NCBI RefSeq assembly: GCF_006345805.1
Contig: NC_042997.1
Coordinates: 1,922,001 to 1,986,000, forward strand
From: Octopus sinensis
Taxonomy: Eukaryota
Length of the DNA: 64,000 bases
Reading direction: 5' to 3'
The notes beneath the pieces are model-generated. The model saw nothing but the letters and a program-made list of their open reading frames with translations, was not told the DNA's origin and ran no database searches. Shown here piece by piece: positions 13,798 through 26,795 of the stretch (position 1 is its first letter; the number at the start of each line of letters is the position of its first letter). Both the position numbers and the translations under genes were made by a program.

Positions 13798-14765
13798 TCA
13801 GCCATTTAATTTGGGGGAGAACTTAGCTATGAAATGTTTTTCCGTATTCCTCCTGAAGGAGGTGTCGTTCTTCGGACAATTGTAGAAGGGAAAGATCTTA
13901 AATTTTCCTTCTTCACATGTAGCTAGGTGTGTGCTTAGTGGTATTTTGCGTAGTTCTTCCTGCCGAATATGTTGTCGGTGGATCCTGGCTCGCTGGCACA
14001 AAGAATTACCAGTTTCACCTACGTAATTCTCCTTGCACGTGGGGCAGGTTATGCAGTATATGACGTTCTGCGTCTTGCAGTTCATATCTGCATTTACTTT
14101 GAATATGTCACCATTTTTAAATCTCATCTTTCTGTTACCCTCTATGTATTTGTAGGTGGGGTTGCTGCAGATCCCACATCTACCATCTCCGCACTCTTTT
14201 GCAAAGAATTCCGTTTTAGTTTCTGAAGAGAATTTCGCTCTTGTTAGGTGTTTTTCTAGGTTTTTGTCCTGTCGTCTACTGTTTTTTATGCTATATTTGT
14301 TTAATATGTTTTTCATTTTGGGGCTTTGTAAGGCTATTGGTAGGTTTGAATGTATGGTTTGGAAGATGTTGGTAACTCCAGGGTTGTATGTGTTTATTAA
14401 AGGGATAGTGTTTTCTTTGTTTGTTGTTTTGGGTGTCCTGAGTTGTGCGATGTCTAGTTTTAATGCTCTTGTGATTCCATTTTCTATTATTTTTGCTCTA
14501 GGAGGAAGTTTTTGAGTTCATCTAGTCTTATTAATCGTATTTGTGAATCAGTTACTATGCTACATATTCGTCGTGCCATACTATATGGGATGTTACTTTT
14601 TGTGTGGGATGGTGGCAGGAGTGGAAATTTAAGTATTGATGTGTGTCAGTTTTTTTGTAGTGGATGTCTGTTGTGACGATGGAATTGTGTATTTTGATGT
14701 TGATGTCTAGGAAGGGAAGTTCGTTGTGGCTGGTATCTATTGTGAAATTGATAGATGGGTGCAGC
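13798..14765 (-). pseudogene. PLE reverse transcriptase C-terminus plus GIY-YIG endonuclease (frameshifted)
   Basis: LHPSINFT..ELPFLDI..TDIHYKKTDTHQYL; CGDGRCGIC; CKTQNVIYCITCPTCKENYVGETG..RARIH; FIAKFSPKLN. Confidence 0.9.
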
Positions 14766-15339
14766 GTTATTTATTTTTTATATTTTATTTTTATTTTTAT
14801 TTTTATTTTTATTTTAATTTTTATTTTCCCTTTTCACTTTTTGTCTCTCTCCCCTTCTCCAAACACACAGAGACACACACACACACACACGCACACAAAC
14901 ACACACGGACACACAGAGACACACACACACACACCTCCACAAAACGATCATACAAAGTATGACCCCAAATGACATTTGTCCATCCCCAAAATCATAAAAG
15001 GTGTAATTTCTGGCCAGCCTACCCACAACACACACTCAGTGACACCAGAATGGAGAGAGCTAAAATTCTTAGAACTCCCCAGGGGGTCCAACAGGCCAAA
15101 GGAAATCCTTCTTCTTCTTCTTCTTCCCTCTCCCCCTCCTCCTTCCCCTTTCCGTTTTCTCTTTAGCCTCAGATACAAACGCACGCACACACACACACAC
15201 ACATACACACACACACACATACACACACACACACATACACAAACACACATGTTCTCTCTCTCACTTCCTCCTCATCTATACTATCTTGTTCCTCCCCACT
15301 ACTACGAAACTCTATAAAATGAGACAGTACCTCTTGATA

Positions 15340-15622
15340 CACTAAACATTTCCGCTGTTTTCGTTACTCTAGTACCTGCCATACGAGCACCAACAGTTTG
15401 ACCTCTTTGAAAGTTCGATAGATCTGTCATTTTAATGAATTTTAATTACCTTTTTCTGATAATATCTGAAAAGAAAAGTCAATTTTAGGAAACCATATTA
15501 AGCAACACTAATAATAAATCAAAAACCGTAAAAATAAACAAACTTTTGACGGCTTTATAGATATTTCAAAATTATGATGCCATGATGCTAGGTGCTTCCA
15601 TTATTTTGTCGAACCCCTGTAT
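15340..15622. mobile_element. Possible Tc1/mariner-type terminal fragment
   Basis: Ends ttattttgtcgaacccctg|TA (reverse TA|CAGGGG), typical of Tc1/mariner TIRs; partner end not found. Confidence 0.35.
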
Positions 15623-16330
15623 ATATAAGGAAAGCATTTAGTTTGGCGTTTTAGGCTTATCCGGGATACTTTCTGTCGTGTTTGGTAAACATGAATATAG
15701 GCTCCTAACTAAGGATCTTAACTTTAGTATCATTAGTATATATTATCATCATCTTTTACAAATACATATGATTTAGTGGCGTTGTACGCCTATGCTGATG
15801 TATAAGCTTACACGAGTGTGCTTCGTTACGTGTGTTTTCTGCCAATGTGTATATCGGTTTGTATTTGTGTGTATACTTGCGTGTACATTACTGTCTCGAG
15901 GCATAAGAAGAGTGGTAAAAGATTTATGAAAAGGAAAAAAGGAAAAAAATGAACATTCAGCAAGTACAAACAGTGATAATTTCTTCAGCATGAATTATCT
16001 TTGATTCTTGGAGTGTTTGAAGCTACTGAATAGTGTTATGAAGTACTCTCAAGAGTAAACCACCAGCTGTGCAATATATATCTTAACACAAACAGACTTG
16101 TCAAAAGTATAAGTTATTCTTTTATGGATAATCCTGACACTTAAACACACAGAGATTTCATATTAATCGCATTGTGCAATGCTACGTACACAAAATCTAC
16201 ACAAAACTAACATATAAGCATATACACATGAATAACTACAAATATAACAATACACGCACCTACTCATACACACACACACAACTTTTGTATGTGAAGTGTG
16301 TATGCATATATATATATATATATAATATAT

Positions 16331-16384
<54 letters not shown>

Positions 16385-16862
16385 ATATATATATTCATGT
16401 GCATCTGTTCATGCACACACACACACATGATTATATATAGAGAAAGAGATTGAGAAGGAGCGAGGGGGTAGGACATAGATAGAAGTGATAGATAGATAGA
16501 GGGAGAGAGAGAGAGACAGAGAGAGAGATATACGCATACTCAGATGCGCATGAGAAGAAGCAGACGAACGAGTGTTCCGGGCACGATTCTGTAGTGAATT
16601 CTAGTTTAATCTTTTCATCTATAATTTAACGTTTAGCGGTCATTATTTTAAATATACGTTCAGTGCACAGTTAACACATTATAATCGTCAGCAATCTCCT
16701 CAATCCCTCCTCCTCCTCCTCACCTCCTCGCTTGCTCCCTTCTCTTCCTCCTCCCATCGTCCTCTCCACACCTCTCCACGACCCTCCTCCTTTTCCTACT
16801 CCGCTTCCTCCTCCTTCTCCTCGTCCTCCTCCTCATCATCATCCATCTGAACACTTGCAGTT

Positions 16863-16926
<64 letters not shown>

Positions 16927-17379
16927 TTCACCATTACACTGTTTTTCTCTCACAGAACTAATATTCTTTTTTTTTTCAACCAATGTTGCACTTTACTCAC
17001 TTGTTCCTCTCTTGTTGATAACTTTATTGAACGGAGAGGCATTTCACACTCATACGCTTACAAAAAAAATCTCCCACCACAATCAATTTCTCTCACCTGA
17101 GCTTTTAACTCGTTCGTCCATGCTCCTCGTCTCATACTTCCACACTTGCATACTTCCACTTGAGCAAAACCACAATCCAAAAGCCGACAATTTCACTAAA
17201 CTACGCTTATATATTTCCATAATTCCGCTCCATTGAGCACACATATACACTATACAGTAACAAGCACAGCGCTCTCCAAATACGCCTATTTCAAAATACA
17301 TATGCTCCTGCACATGCACATCATGCAGCCCCTCACGTCTCTCCTAATTGTCGCACAGTGCCGCATTTCGAGCTGGCCT

Positions 17380-17767
17380 TGAACAATCATACATATGTAT
17401 GTGTGTGTGCACATGTGCGTGTAAGTGGGGCTGAATGTGTGGGTGTAGCTGTGCTGGTGTTGGTGCACTCGATGTTGGCTGTAGAGGTTCCCTGCACAGT
17501 CCGCATGGATGATGGTTGCAGCCATTGGAAAAAGAGGAAAGGAACAAAGCGCAAGAGATGCAGCTGAAAGAAGCATTTGGTGGCTTTGGAGCAAGCGTGA
17601 GGAGCAAAGCTTGAAGCCAGGATGAGATGGGAAGCAGTGATTTGGCCGCCTTTGTTGACCCAGATGAACAGGCTGTTACAGTTCTTGGATCGAAACACCC
17701 AATGAACGTTCGAGACGTCTGAGAACATCCGTTCCTCCTGGTCAAAGTTCCGTTCACTTTGGTAAGT
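17380..17767 (+). other. Possible non-coding/5'-UTR exon of a host transcript
   Basis: GC-richer non-repeat segment ending in consensus donor TTG|GTAAGT at 17761/17762; no ATG-initiated frame runs into the donor. Confidence 0.25.
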
Positions 17768-18059
17768 GTAAAAAGCATATCATTCTGGGTGTTATGAATA
17801 CAAATATATATCTGTTCGTGTGTATGCATGTATGTGCGTATGTATGTTTGCCAGTATAATAATTTATAAACTCTTGAGAGACTGGAATAATTCATCGTTT
17901 GGGAATGGGATCATGAATTTATTGCAAAGCAATAGATAATAGCAAATAAACGGTTTTGCATGCGAATATTGGAACACACATCATTTGGACTTTGCAACCC
18001 ATTATATAAATGCTATTATCTATATATATATAAGTACTTCGAGGCCCAGTTTCTGTATG

Positions 18060-18605
18060 CATTCAATACATGAGTAATAGCATTACATCCGTATAGGTGA
18101 AACGGTATGGCACATCATTTGTGTATGCCCTAAATTGGAACAATGCAATTATAAAACACATGACAATGTGACAAGAATAATCCATTGGGAGCTCTGTCGA
18201 AATCATAACCTCCAAAGAGCAAAGGCGTGGTATGTGGAAATCTCTGGGGTGTTACATATAATGAAAATTGCAATATCTGGTGGGGTACAATGATTCAGTG
18301 CGATCACCTGACCAGACATCGGAAACCGGACATTGTTGTGATGAGAAAAACAACAAGCACGTTAACTGACATAGCAGTCCCTGTTACAAGAAGAAAATAT
18401 GAACAACTACGACGATTTGAAGTGGAAAATTCGAAGATTGCGGTCAATGAGAAGAGTAGATGTAATACGTATAGTACTTGGCGCACTTAGAATTATTAGC
18501 AAACATGGCTCATAACGATAGATACCAACATAACGATAGAACACTTACAAAAATCAGTATTACTTCGAGCTGTAAGAATTTTACGCGGGGTTCTTGAAGC
18601 ATGGC
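18060..18605 (+). mobile_element. Dong/R4-like non-LTR retrotransposon 3' fragment (zinc knuckle plus restriction-like endonuclease)
   Basis: GETVWHIICVCPKL..YKTHDNVTRIIHWELC; IQCDHLTRHRKPDIVV; TDIAVP; LQKSVLL..RILRGVL. Confidence 0.78.
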
Positions 18606-18642
18606 CAGTAAAAAGTGTGAGACTGCTGGCAGTGGGCGGTTT

Positions 18643-18793
18643 ATGGAATGACATCATCAGTCTTTAAGTTTCAATTTATAACAGGCGAAAGAAAAAGACA
18701 GAAAAAAATGTATTTTTTCCAGTCTTCTTTTTACTGTCTTTTTTTTTCGCCTGTTATGAAACTGAAACTTAAAGGCTGACGATGTCATTCCAT
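18643..18793. repeat. Inverted repeat, ~59-bp arms with ~33-bp spacer
   Basis: atggaatgacatc..aggcgaaa..agacag versus ctgtct..tttcgcct..gatgtcattccat. Confidence 0.85.
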
Positions 18794-18949
18794 CAACGCG
18801 CGGACCCTGGTTGCTCTCGTTCATACTTTAAATTTCTATACAATAGAATTTTTATCACCTCTTATTTTGAACTCGTCAAAGATAGACTTACTCTTGAAAT
18901 ATCATTCAACCAATAAAATAATAACAACAACAACAACGATGGCGACGAA

Positions 18950-20720
18950 GACTTGGACCTCTATATTTCTTAGCAAATCTTGGATTTCAAGCAGCCACGC
19001 TCTACAGGTTGCTCCCAGATCCCTCTCTAGAACGCCTTTCTCCTGCAGTTAGTATTATTGTTACGTGTATTTTCCCATCTAGTTCTTGAAACAGTTTCTT
19101 CTGATCTGCTCTAAACAATCTGTTTTGCCTGAACTCTCTTTTTCTATTGTCGTGTCGTCATTCCACATTTGCTCTGGTTGTCACTAGTCTTTGTTTCAAT
19201 TCTTCCAATATCATATCATAACCTTTATCTCTTAATTTATATCATCTTTCTAGCATTATTCTTATACTTTCGTTCTGAAATTTCATTCTTCTCAATCCTT
19301 CAACTTGACCTAAATGTCCTTTTAACCTTGTTTGTCACAAATTCGTCTACGCCAGTATGGTTCTTTGCGTTCTGTTTGTTCTTTTCTTTTATATCAAACG
19401 CTGTTGCCACAACCATAGCTGCAGCACAAATAATCTTGTTAGTTTCAGTTGTGTTTCTCGTCCGGAATATCCCAAGAATCGAATCTAAGATTTCGGTTTC
19501 AACAGTGAGCTTGCACTGGGGTGCTTGATCCTGGTCTTCTCTAATATATCGGCACACTATCCTCACTGTCTTCTTGGTCATGTTCGTATTCTTGTGATAT
19601 AGCTCTTCCCATTAATTCTGGTATATTTGCTGAGAATGCAGTTACATTTACCCTTTGCACTACTTTTTCACTGCCGCCATTCATTTTTCTGTTGTCACTT
19701 GTCACGTTATACTGAGTCCTGAACTCTTATTCCTGAGCTGCGAATGTAAAAAAAAGATACAGTTACGAAAATTCCCAAATTAGAAATGCCCCGGACCGGA
19801 TGGGTTCCAATGTTATTGGAAGAAGGTGAAGGGGTCCATGAAAGTATAGCACTAAATCTGGATTGAGTGCTTACAAGAAGGCGTAGTATCTAGCTTGATG
19901 GCAAAGGGAAAAACATCGTTATGTGCCAAAGATCCTGAAAACGAAAATGTTGCAGACAACTTTATACCAATAACATGCCTTCCGCTAAAGTGGAAACTAA
20001 TGTCAGGTGTTTTTGCCGGTGAACCGTATATATACTTGGAAAAAGGAGGGCTGTTTCCCATTAGATAGAAAGGGTGCCGGAAAAGGAGCCACGGAAGGAA
20101 GGATCAGCTCTTAATTGATAATATAATTATCAGGAAATGCAAGGGAAAACATACAAACGTGAGCATGGCATGAGTTGACTATCGCAAAGCATACGATATG
20201 ATACCTCACACCTTGATAATATGGAGAAAATAAAGTTGTGGTATGATCTGGGAAGAGGTAAGGAAAGACTAAACCACTTACAGAGTTAGAGACTAGCAAT
20301 ATTATTATTATTATTAATAATAATAATAAGGCGAAGAAGAAGAAGAAGAAGAAGAAGGAGGAGGAGGAGGAGGAGGAGAAGAAGAAGAAGAAGAAGATGA
20401 AGAAGAAGAAGGAGAAGAAGAAGAAGAAGAAGAAGAAGAAGAAGAAGAAGAAGAAGAAGAAGAAGAAGAAGAAGAAGAAGAAGAAGAAGAAGAAGAAGAA
20501 GAAGAAATTAAAAGAAAGAAAGATTTATAAATATCTAGGCTTATTAAAATCTGACAGTACTAAATATAGAAATGAAAACGAGAAGTGAACGTTGAGCAAA
20601 GGTGAGGAAGCTAATGAGGTCAAATCTAAATGGTCCGAATCTAGTGAAGGCTGTAAATATTTGGGCAGTATCAGTATGTAGATACTGAGTTGTTTTTGTA
20701 GATTAGACAAAATCTCAATT
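18950..20720. mobile_element. Dong/R4-like LINE fragments: N-terminal part on minus (18950-19640), RT on plus (19750-20720)
   Basis: Plus: [61 protein letters not shown]; minus: TETNKIICAAAMVVA. Confidence 0.75.
20330..20506. repeat. (GAA)n/(GAG)n microsatellite
   Basis: Seen directly; source of the poly-K ORF. Confidence 0.95.
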
Positions 20721-20739
20721 AGCAAAGCTGGATATTTAT

Positions 20740-21063
20740 TCTTTCTTTTTCCAGTCTTTTTTTCTTTTCGCCTGCTATAAAATTGAAAATTAAACACAAT
20801 GATGACATTCCATCAACGTGTGAACGCTGGATGTTCTCATTCATATTTTAAATTTAAATTTGACGTAATTTAAAGTGAGGGAACGTTTTCTACAGGACTA
20901 AAATTTGTACAATTTGTAAAATTTATACAGAACAAAATTTGACGGATGTGTATTAATTTCCATTATATTGTTTATATAGTATAAAGATTCCACGCACTTA
21001 TTTGCACAGTTAAGGAAGTTATTAAAAATCGAAACCCATCAGTTACTTTTGGGACATCCTGTA
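20740..21063. mobile_element. Tc1/mariner-type MITE end
   Basis: Ends gggacatcctg|TA; its first ~110 bp repeat 18715-18835. Confidence 0.5.
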
Positions 21064-21119
21064 TATATATTTTTTTGTTTCATTTATATGAAAACAAAAA
21101 TATACGCATAGAGATATAT

Positions 21120-21252
21120 ACAGCTCCAGAAACTTTGCCAGATCAAATTGGAGCCTGGGCTAGCCTTCTGGCTTGCCAGCCCTGAGTCAAACCCTATAAG
21201 CCAGCCATCTTGGAAAGCGGATGACAAACGACGACAATGATGATGATAATGA
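21120..21252 (+). mobile_element. SINE 3' tail fragment ending in (GAT)n
   Basis: gccttctggcttgccagc..gtcaaacc..tggaaagcgga..aaacg followed by (GAT)n. Confidence 0.5.
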
Positions 21253-21566
21253 TGTGCACACACATACACACACATACATCACACATGAAATGGAAGAGGA
21301 AACAAGAAATTAATAAATGTGACGTACGTATTTATCGTCAGTTTACATTATTATGTTGAATATATAAATTTTGTTGTTAGTTGGAGAGAACCTTTTTATA
21401 TATAAGTGAATGTAAACACGACAAAAGTCGAAGAGTGTATCCCAAGAGGAATATCGTAGCCAGAGCGAGAAAGAGTGAAGTTCCTGGAGTGACACTCATA
21501 CTTCACATTGGTATAAGCAATCATGGATACTTCGATGTTCATTTTCGACAAGATATGTATACATGC

Positions 21567-21598
<32 letters not shown>

Positions 21599-21884
21599 TA
21601 TATATATTATATGTGTGTGTGTGGTGTGTGTGTGTGTGTTTGTGTGTGTTTGTGTGTGTGAGTGTGTATGTGTGTGTGAGTTTATAGTAGATATAGAATA
21701 TCCTTGGTACATTACTATATATTTGAAAAAAGGAATAGAAATTGATTTTCTAATTATTTTCCTCTTTAATAATTAGATCTAATGATTAAAGAACAAAAAT
21801 TATCAGAAAAGTCAGTTCTCTTCATATTTGCATATATACACAGAATTTACTATTCAAGCTGCAAAGACATAACAAATCTATAAC

Positions 21885-21930
21885 AAAAACTGCTACTGAG
21901 AGTTTCACGATTCCGTTCGTAGAGCAATTG
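21885..21930 (-). ncRNA. Degenerate hammerhead-like motif in a PLE terminal fragment
   Basis: Minus strand uugcu-CUACGA-acg gaau cgu-GAAA-cu cuc ag-UA-gcag; core damaged. Confidence 0.4.
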
Positions 21931-22040
21931 TCTAGTATTCGAGTACCTTACTCTCCCCATCGTGTTTCCAATTTATTGCTTTTTCTCGGGTATATATACA
22001 TATACACACATACATATATATAACATATATATCATATATC

Positions 22041-22118
<78 letters not shown>

Positions 22119-22125
22119 CTATATA

Positions 22126-22156
<31 letters not shown>

Positions 22157-22269
22157 ATATTATATATACATATATATATATATTATATATATATATATAT
22201 ATATTAGACAGAATGTGATAAGAATGCAAAGCTGCACATACATACACATATATACCACACACATATTTA

Positions 22270-22429
22270 CGACGGCTTCTTTCAGTTTCCGCCCAGAAAA
22301 TCCATTCACAAGCCTTTGGTGGGCCCGAGACTATCTTAGGGTGCACTTGCCCAAGGTTCCATGCAGTGTGGCTCAACCCAGAACCATTTAGTTTGGAAGA
22401 AAGCTTCTTACCACACTGCCACTTCTGCA
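22270..22429 (-). mobile_element. tRNA-derived SINE, same family as 37254
   Basis: Reverse-complement match to 37254-37420. Confidence 0.75.
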
Positions 22430-22659
22430 ATCAAAATACTCATTTGCTCAATCCCAGGCTGAATAAAGATTCATTTGTGTCCGCATTGTGACTTTATAGC
22501 GTATCGTATTCACTGGACTCGAATTATATTTACGCATGCACCGGAACTAGATTGCAGCTCCTATTGTTTTTTTTAATTCTAAAGCTCTTATCTTTTTTTT
22601 TTAATTCTCTCTCTCTAATAAACATATATTGACATTGACAGGAGCGACTATGATATATG

Positions 22660-23143
22660 TATGCATGCATGCAGGTATCGTACATATATATATATATATT
22701 TATACCTAGATTATGTATACATACACGAATGAACATTTAGAAATACCACACGCTAGCACACACACTCACACACACACAGGCGCATATATATATATAGTTC
22801 TTTTGGATTTTGGAGAGTCTTTTTATGAAAGAAACAAAAGTATGAAGGATAAGCCACAATGGTGATGAGCGGCATATATATGTATGTTTGTATGTATATA
22901 TGTATGTATGTATGTATGAATGTACGTATGTATTATGCATGCATGTAAGGATGTATGTATGTACGTATACATATATATATATACCTAGCTTATGTATACA
23001 TACATAAATGAACACTCGGAAATACCACACGCGAGCAGACACAGACACACACACACATATATACACTTATTTTGGATTTTGGAGTGTATTTTTATGAAAG
23101 AGACAATAGTATGAAGGATAAGAGAAAATGGTGATGAGCGGCA
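22660..23143. repeat. Diverged ~280-bp tandem duplication
   Basis: atacctag.ttatgtatacatac..aaataccacacgc..ttttggattttggag..atggtgatgagcggca occurs at ~22702 and ~22981. Confidence 0.85.
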
Positions 23144-23262
23144 ATATCTAAGAATTACAAAAATAGAAAATTGCTAACATTTATATTTATCGTATTAACT
23201 TTATTTCAAAATATTTGAATTTTATATTGAGAATGTAGAACGCCGTTGAAAATCTCAAACGG

Positions 23263-23300
<38 letters not shown>

Positions 23301-23730
23301 TTGGCTTCTGTGTTCGTTTTCTTTCAAGATTTATATTATGATATCTTTTAAATTTAACTTTATTTTCTACATTGCCGTTCGTCTTATGGCAACCTATTCT
23401 TATTTTGTCATATACTTTGTGTTTCTCGAGATGCATCTATACCTTCGTATTTCTGGCAGCTACAGATTAAAAATATTTTCTATAGAATTATCTCTAGTGT
23501 GACATCTTGGAATTTTTATATAGCATTCTTTTGCAGTGATCACTCACACTTGTTGTATACCTGAAGTTATCTATTTATCTATATATATTTATTTATTTAA
23601 TTGTTTTCCCAATATTCATGCAAATGTATATGTATGTATGCCTGTGTGTATGTGTTTACGTACGTATCCATCTATGTATATATGACCACACGCCCATACG
23701 CACACACACATCCATATGTGCACGCATAAA

Positions 23731-23766
<36 letters not shown>

Positions 23767-23891
23767 TACATCTATGTGCATATATGTATATGTATATATA
23801 TATATTAATATATATATGTATATATACATGTATATATGTATTGCATGTATATACATATATATATACATACAATGGTATATATACATAAATA

Positions 23892-23942
<51 letters not shown>

Positions 23943-23945
<3 letters not shown>

Positions 23946-24044
23946 GGAGTAAACACATAAATGTGAAACAAGGTGGAAAAAAGAGTACTCAAATACCAGT
24001 GGTAGAGTAATATGCTAGAGTAAAATATGCTGCTTAAAATAAAG

Positions 24045-24045
<1 letters not shown>
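23943..24045 (-). mobile_element. Short PLE-type terminal fragment inside (AT)n
   Basis: Unique insert between (AT)n tracts with a gagtactcaaata motif like 10963. Confidence 0.4.
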
Positions 24046-24081
<36 letters not shown>

Positions 24082-24096
24082 ATATATATATATTTG

Positions 24097-24397
24097 TGAA
24101 GGCACATGGATTAGTGGTTAGAACGTCAAGCTTACGATCGTGAGGCTGTGAGTTCGAATTCCGGGCCGGGCTGCGTGTTGTGATCTTGAGCAGCCGTAGA
24201 AATGCGCTGCGACGTGGCAGGTGCCAAGCTGTAGCGGCATTTGCCTTTCCCTTGCATTACACTGGTGGCGTGGGGAGGGGATGCCGGTATGAATGGGCGA
24301 CTGCTGGTCTTCCATAAACAAGCTTGCCCGGACTCGTACCTGGTAGGGTAACTATGTAGTTGCAATAAAATGGTCAGTCATGACCGAAGGGTGTCTC
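24097..24397 (+). mobile_element. tRNA-derived CORE-like SINE with internal deletion
   Basis: A/B boxes (ttagtgg, gttcgaatt); colinear with 55478-55825. Confidence 0.85.
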
Positions 24398-24452
24398 ATC
24401 TGAGCAGCATTTTTGTGTGCATAAATATATGTATATATCTATATATTATTTC

Positions 24453-24645
24453 TTTATTGCCCACAAGGAACTAAACATAGAAGGGACAAACAAGGACAAA
24501 GGGATTAAGTCGATTACCTCCACCACAGTGCGTAACTGGTACTTAATTCATCGACCTCGAAAGGGTGAAAGGCAAAGTCGACCTCGGCGGGATTTGAACT
24601 CAGAACGTAACGGCAGACAGAATACGGCTACGCATTTCTCCCGGC
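24453..24645 (-). mobile_element. tRNA-derived SINE
   Basis: B-box gagttcaaatc on minus; core shared with 5110. Confidence 0.8.
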
Positions 24646-24806
24646 TTATATATATATAAAGTTTAGCATGGTTGAGACCAATGGTTTTGTCATAAGGTAT
24701 CATATAAATGTGCAAACAGAAACATTTGAATAACACTGTCAAATATAATTTAATTTGGTAACTTCATAAGGAAATTGATAATGAAATGCTAACGAGGTCT
24801 AGTTTG

Positions 24807-24852
<46 letters not shown>

Positions 24853-25409
24853 AAGAGAGATAGATAGGTAGGGGAGAGAGAACTAGGGAGAGAGAAGAGC
24901 ATACACACACGCAAAAACACAAATATCCAAACTTATGAAAATTATTATTTTGAGCGCATAATATGTTAAAATTTAGATCTGGAAAGGAAAAGACATTGCG
25001 TTTATCGCTTTTTCCATAGTATTTAAGAAAGATTTGTCGACTCAGAAACGCACATATACGCGCGCACACACAGTTACACACAGAAACACATAAATATGTG
25101 TAATAGCTATAAAATACAGAAATGTTAGTAGTTTAAGATTCATCAAACATTCATGCATTTCTTGATATTAAGAGACAGAAATTCACTAAAGTTTGGTGAA
25201 TTTATATACTCCTCTATATAATTCCGTAAATGTCCATACATGGAGCGCAGTGCAGATCACATACACTATACACATGTAGGCAGCCACAAATACACAATGG
25301 TGCCCACTAGAAATAGTTAATAACTAAGTATCGATTGTACGGAAAAAGCTTTTTGAATGTAGCATAGTTGAAAACGAAACGTAAAAAAAAATACGTTCTT
25401 TTATTACTG

Positions 25410-25445
<36 letters not shown>

Positions 25446-26637
25446 TATATAATCCTGTGTAGCAATATTTGGCGTCTCTTCCGCATTTGGCAACGTTTAA
25501 AAATTCCTCTTGACAGTTACACTTCATTTCATCTTGCAATTTGTATTTCACTGTTTTGATCTTTATCAGATGTCTTGGGACATACATATATCTCCGTGTC
25601 TCCTGAATATTTCCATGAAAATAATGACGTTTTTTTTTTTTTACAGTTTATCTCTCAAGTTAGATATTTTAGAAGTATTATAAATTTTCCAACAGTGCTA
25701 GCTTAAAAATTTCACTAAATAATTTTAAAATTCAAGAGATCAAAATTGCATATGCATATATTCTCTTCACCCTCTTTCCTTTAAAGTTCGTTTATAGTTA
25801 CATGAATTTTCTCAAAAATACACGCGTATTATATGTAAAATTATTTCTTGTAAAAGTCGAATCAAAACTATTAAAAATATATTGAATTATTCAATTCTTA
25901 CAAATGAGAGAACTGCATCGCATCGAGAGTCGTACCACACAAATGCTTATAGAGATTACCAAAGGGTTTAATGTTGTGAATGGATTTATATAGGACTATG
26001 GAGACAGAAAACATGTCGTACAGAAGGAAATTGATGTTTTCCTTTGTGACAAAGTGATTACACACATAAAAAAATATATGGTCACTGCACGAAGTTATAT
26101 CATAATTGAAAAAGAAATATTTTGATATCCATGCGAAACAAACAAAACTGTACTCGAAAAATGTCCTTAGAAAGATCTCTCAATGAGATTATAGATAATA
26201 TAGAACCTAGAATGATTCTTTTAGTAAAAAGCGGAATGAATTACAGTAAACATGTTGCATACCATATGTCTTGTACAAAATAGATAATAATACTATAAAA
26301 AACGAAATGCATTTATCTTTAAACATATGGTGTCGAAAAATGATGTTAAAGAATGGGTCAGTGACGAGCAGATACATCTATTATTTATTTTCGCTGAAGA
26401 TTTCAGTGCCTATGTTATATTTGTTTAATCAGAAATATAGGAATGCCACTTTTAGCGAATATATATATACTATGTATGTTACATATATGCACCCATAAAT
26501 ACGCTCAAACATACGCACCATTGATATTATGGAAAAGAGCTGTAAGGCCAAAGCGTTGCTCTCTCAAAAAAGAAAAAATATATTTTCACACTTCCATTAC
26601 TATTTACGTTAGCAACAGTTTCAGCTTAACAATAATA

Positions 26638-26729
<92 letters not shown>

Positions 26730-26761
26730 TGGAGATATACATGTATACATACATACATACA

Positions 26762-26795
<34 letters not shown>

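Noticed and set aside
20397-20588. Poly-Lys ORF (also poly-L/N/I/H/S ORFs at 46871, 48593, 56054)
   Set aside because: Trinucleotide microsatellite artefacts
26530-26565. gaaaagagctgtaaggccaaagcgtt, resembling a decayed HHR
   Set aside because: Both core segments broken
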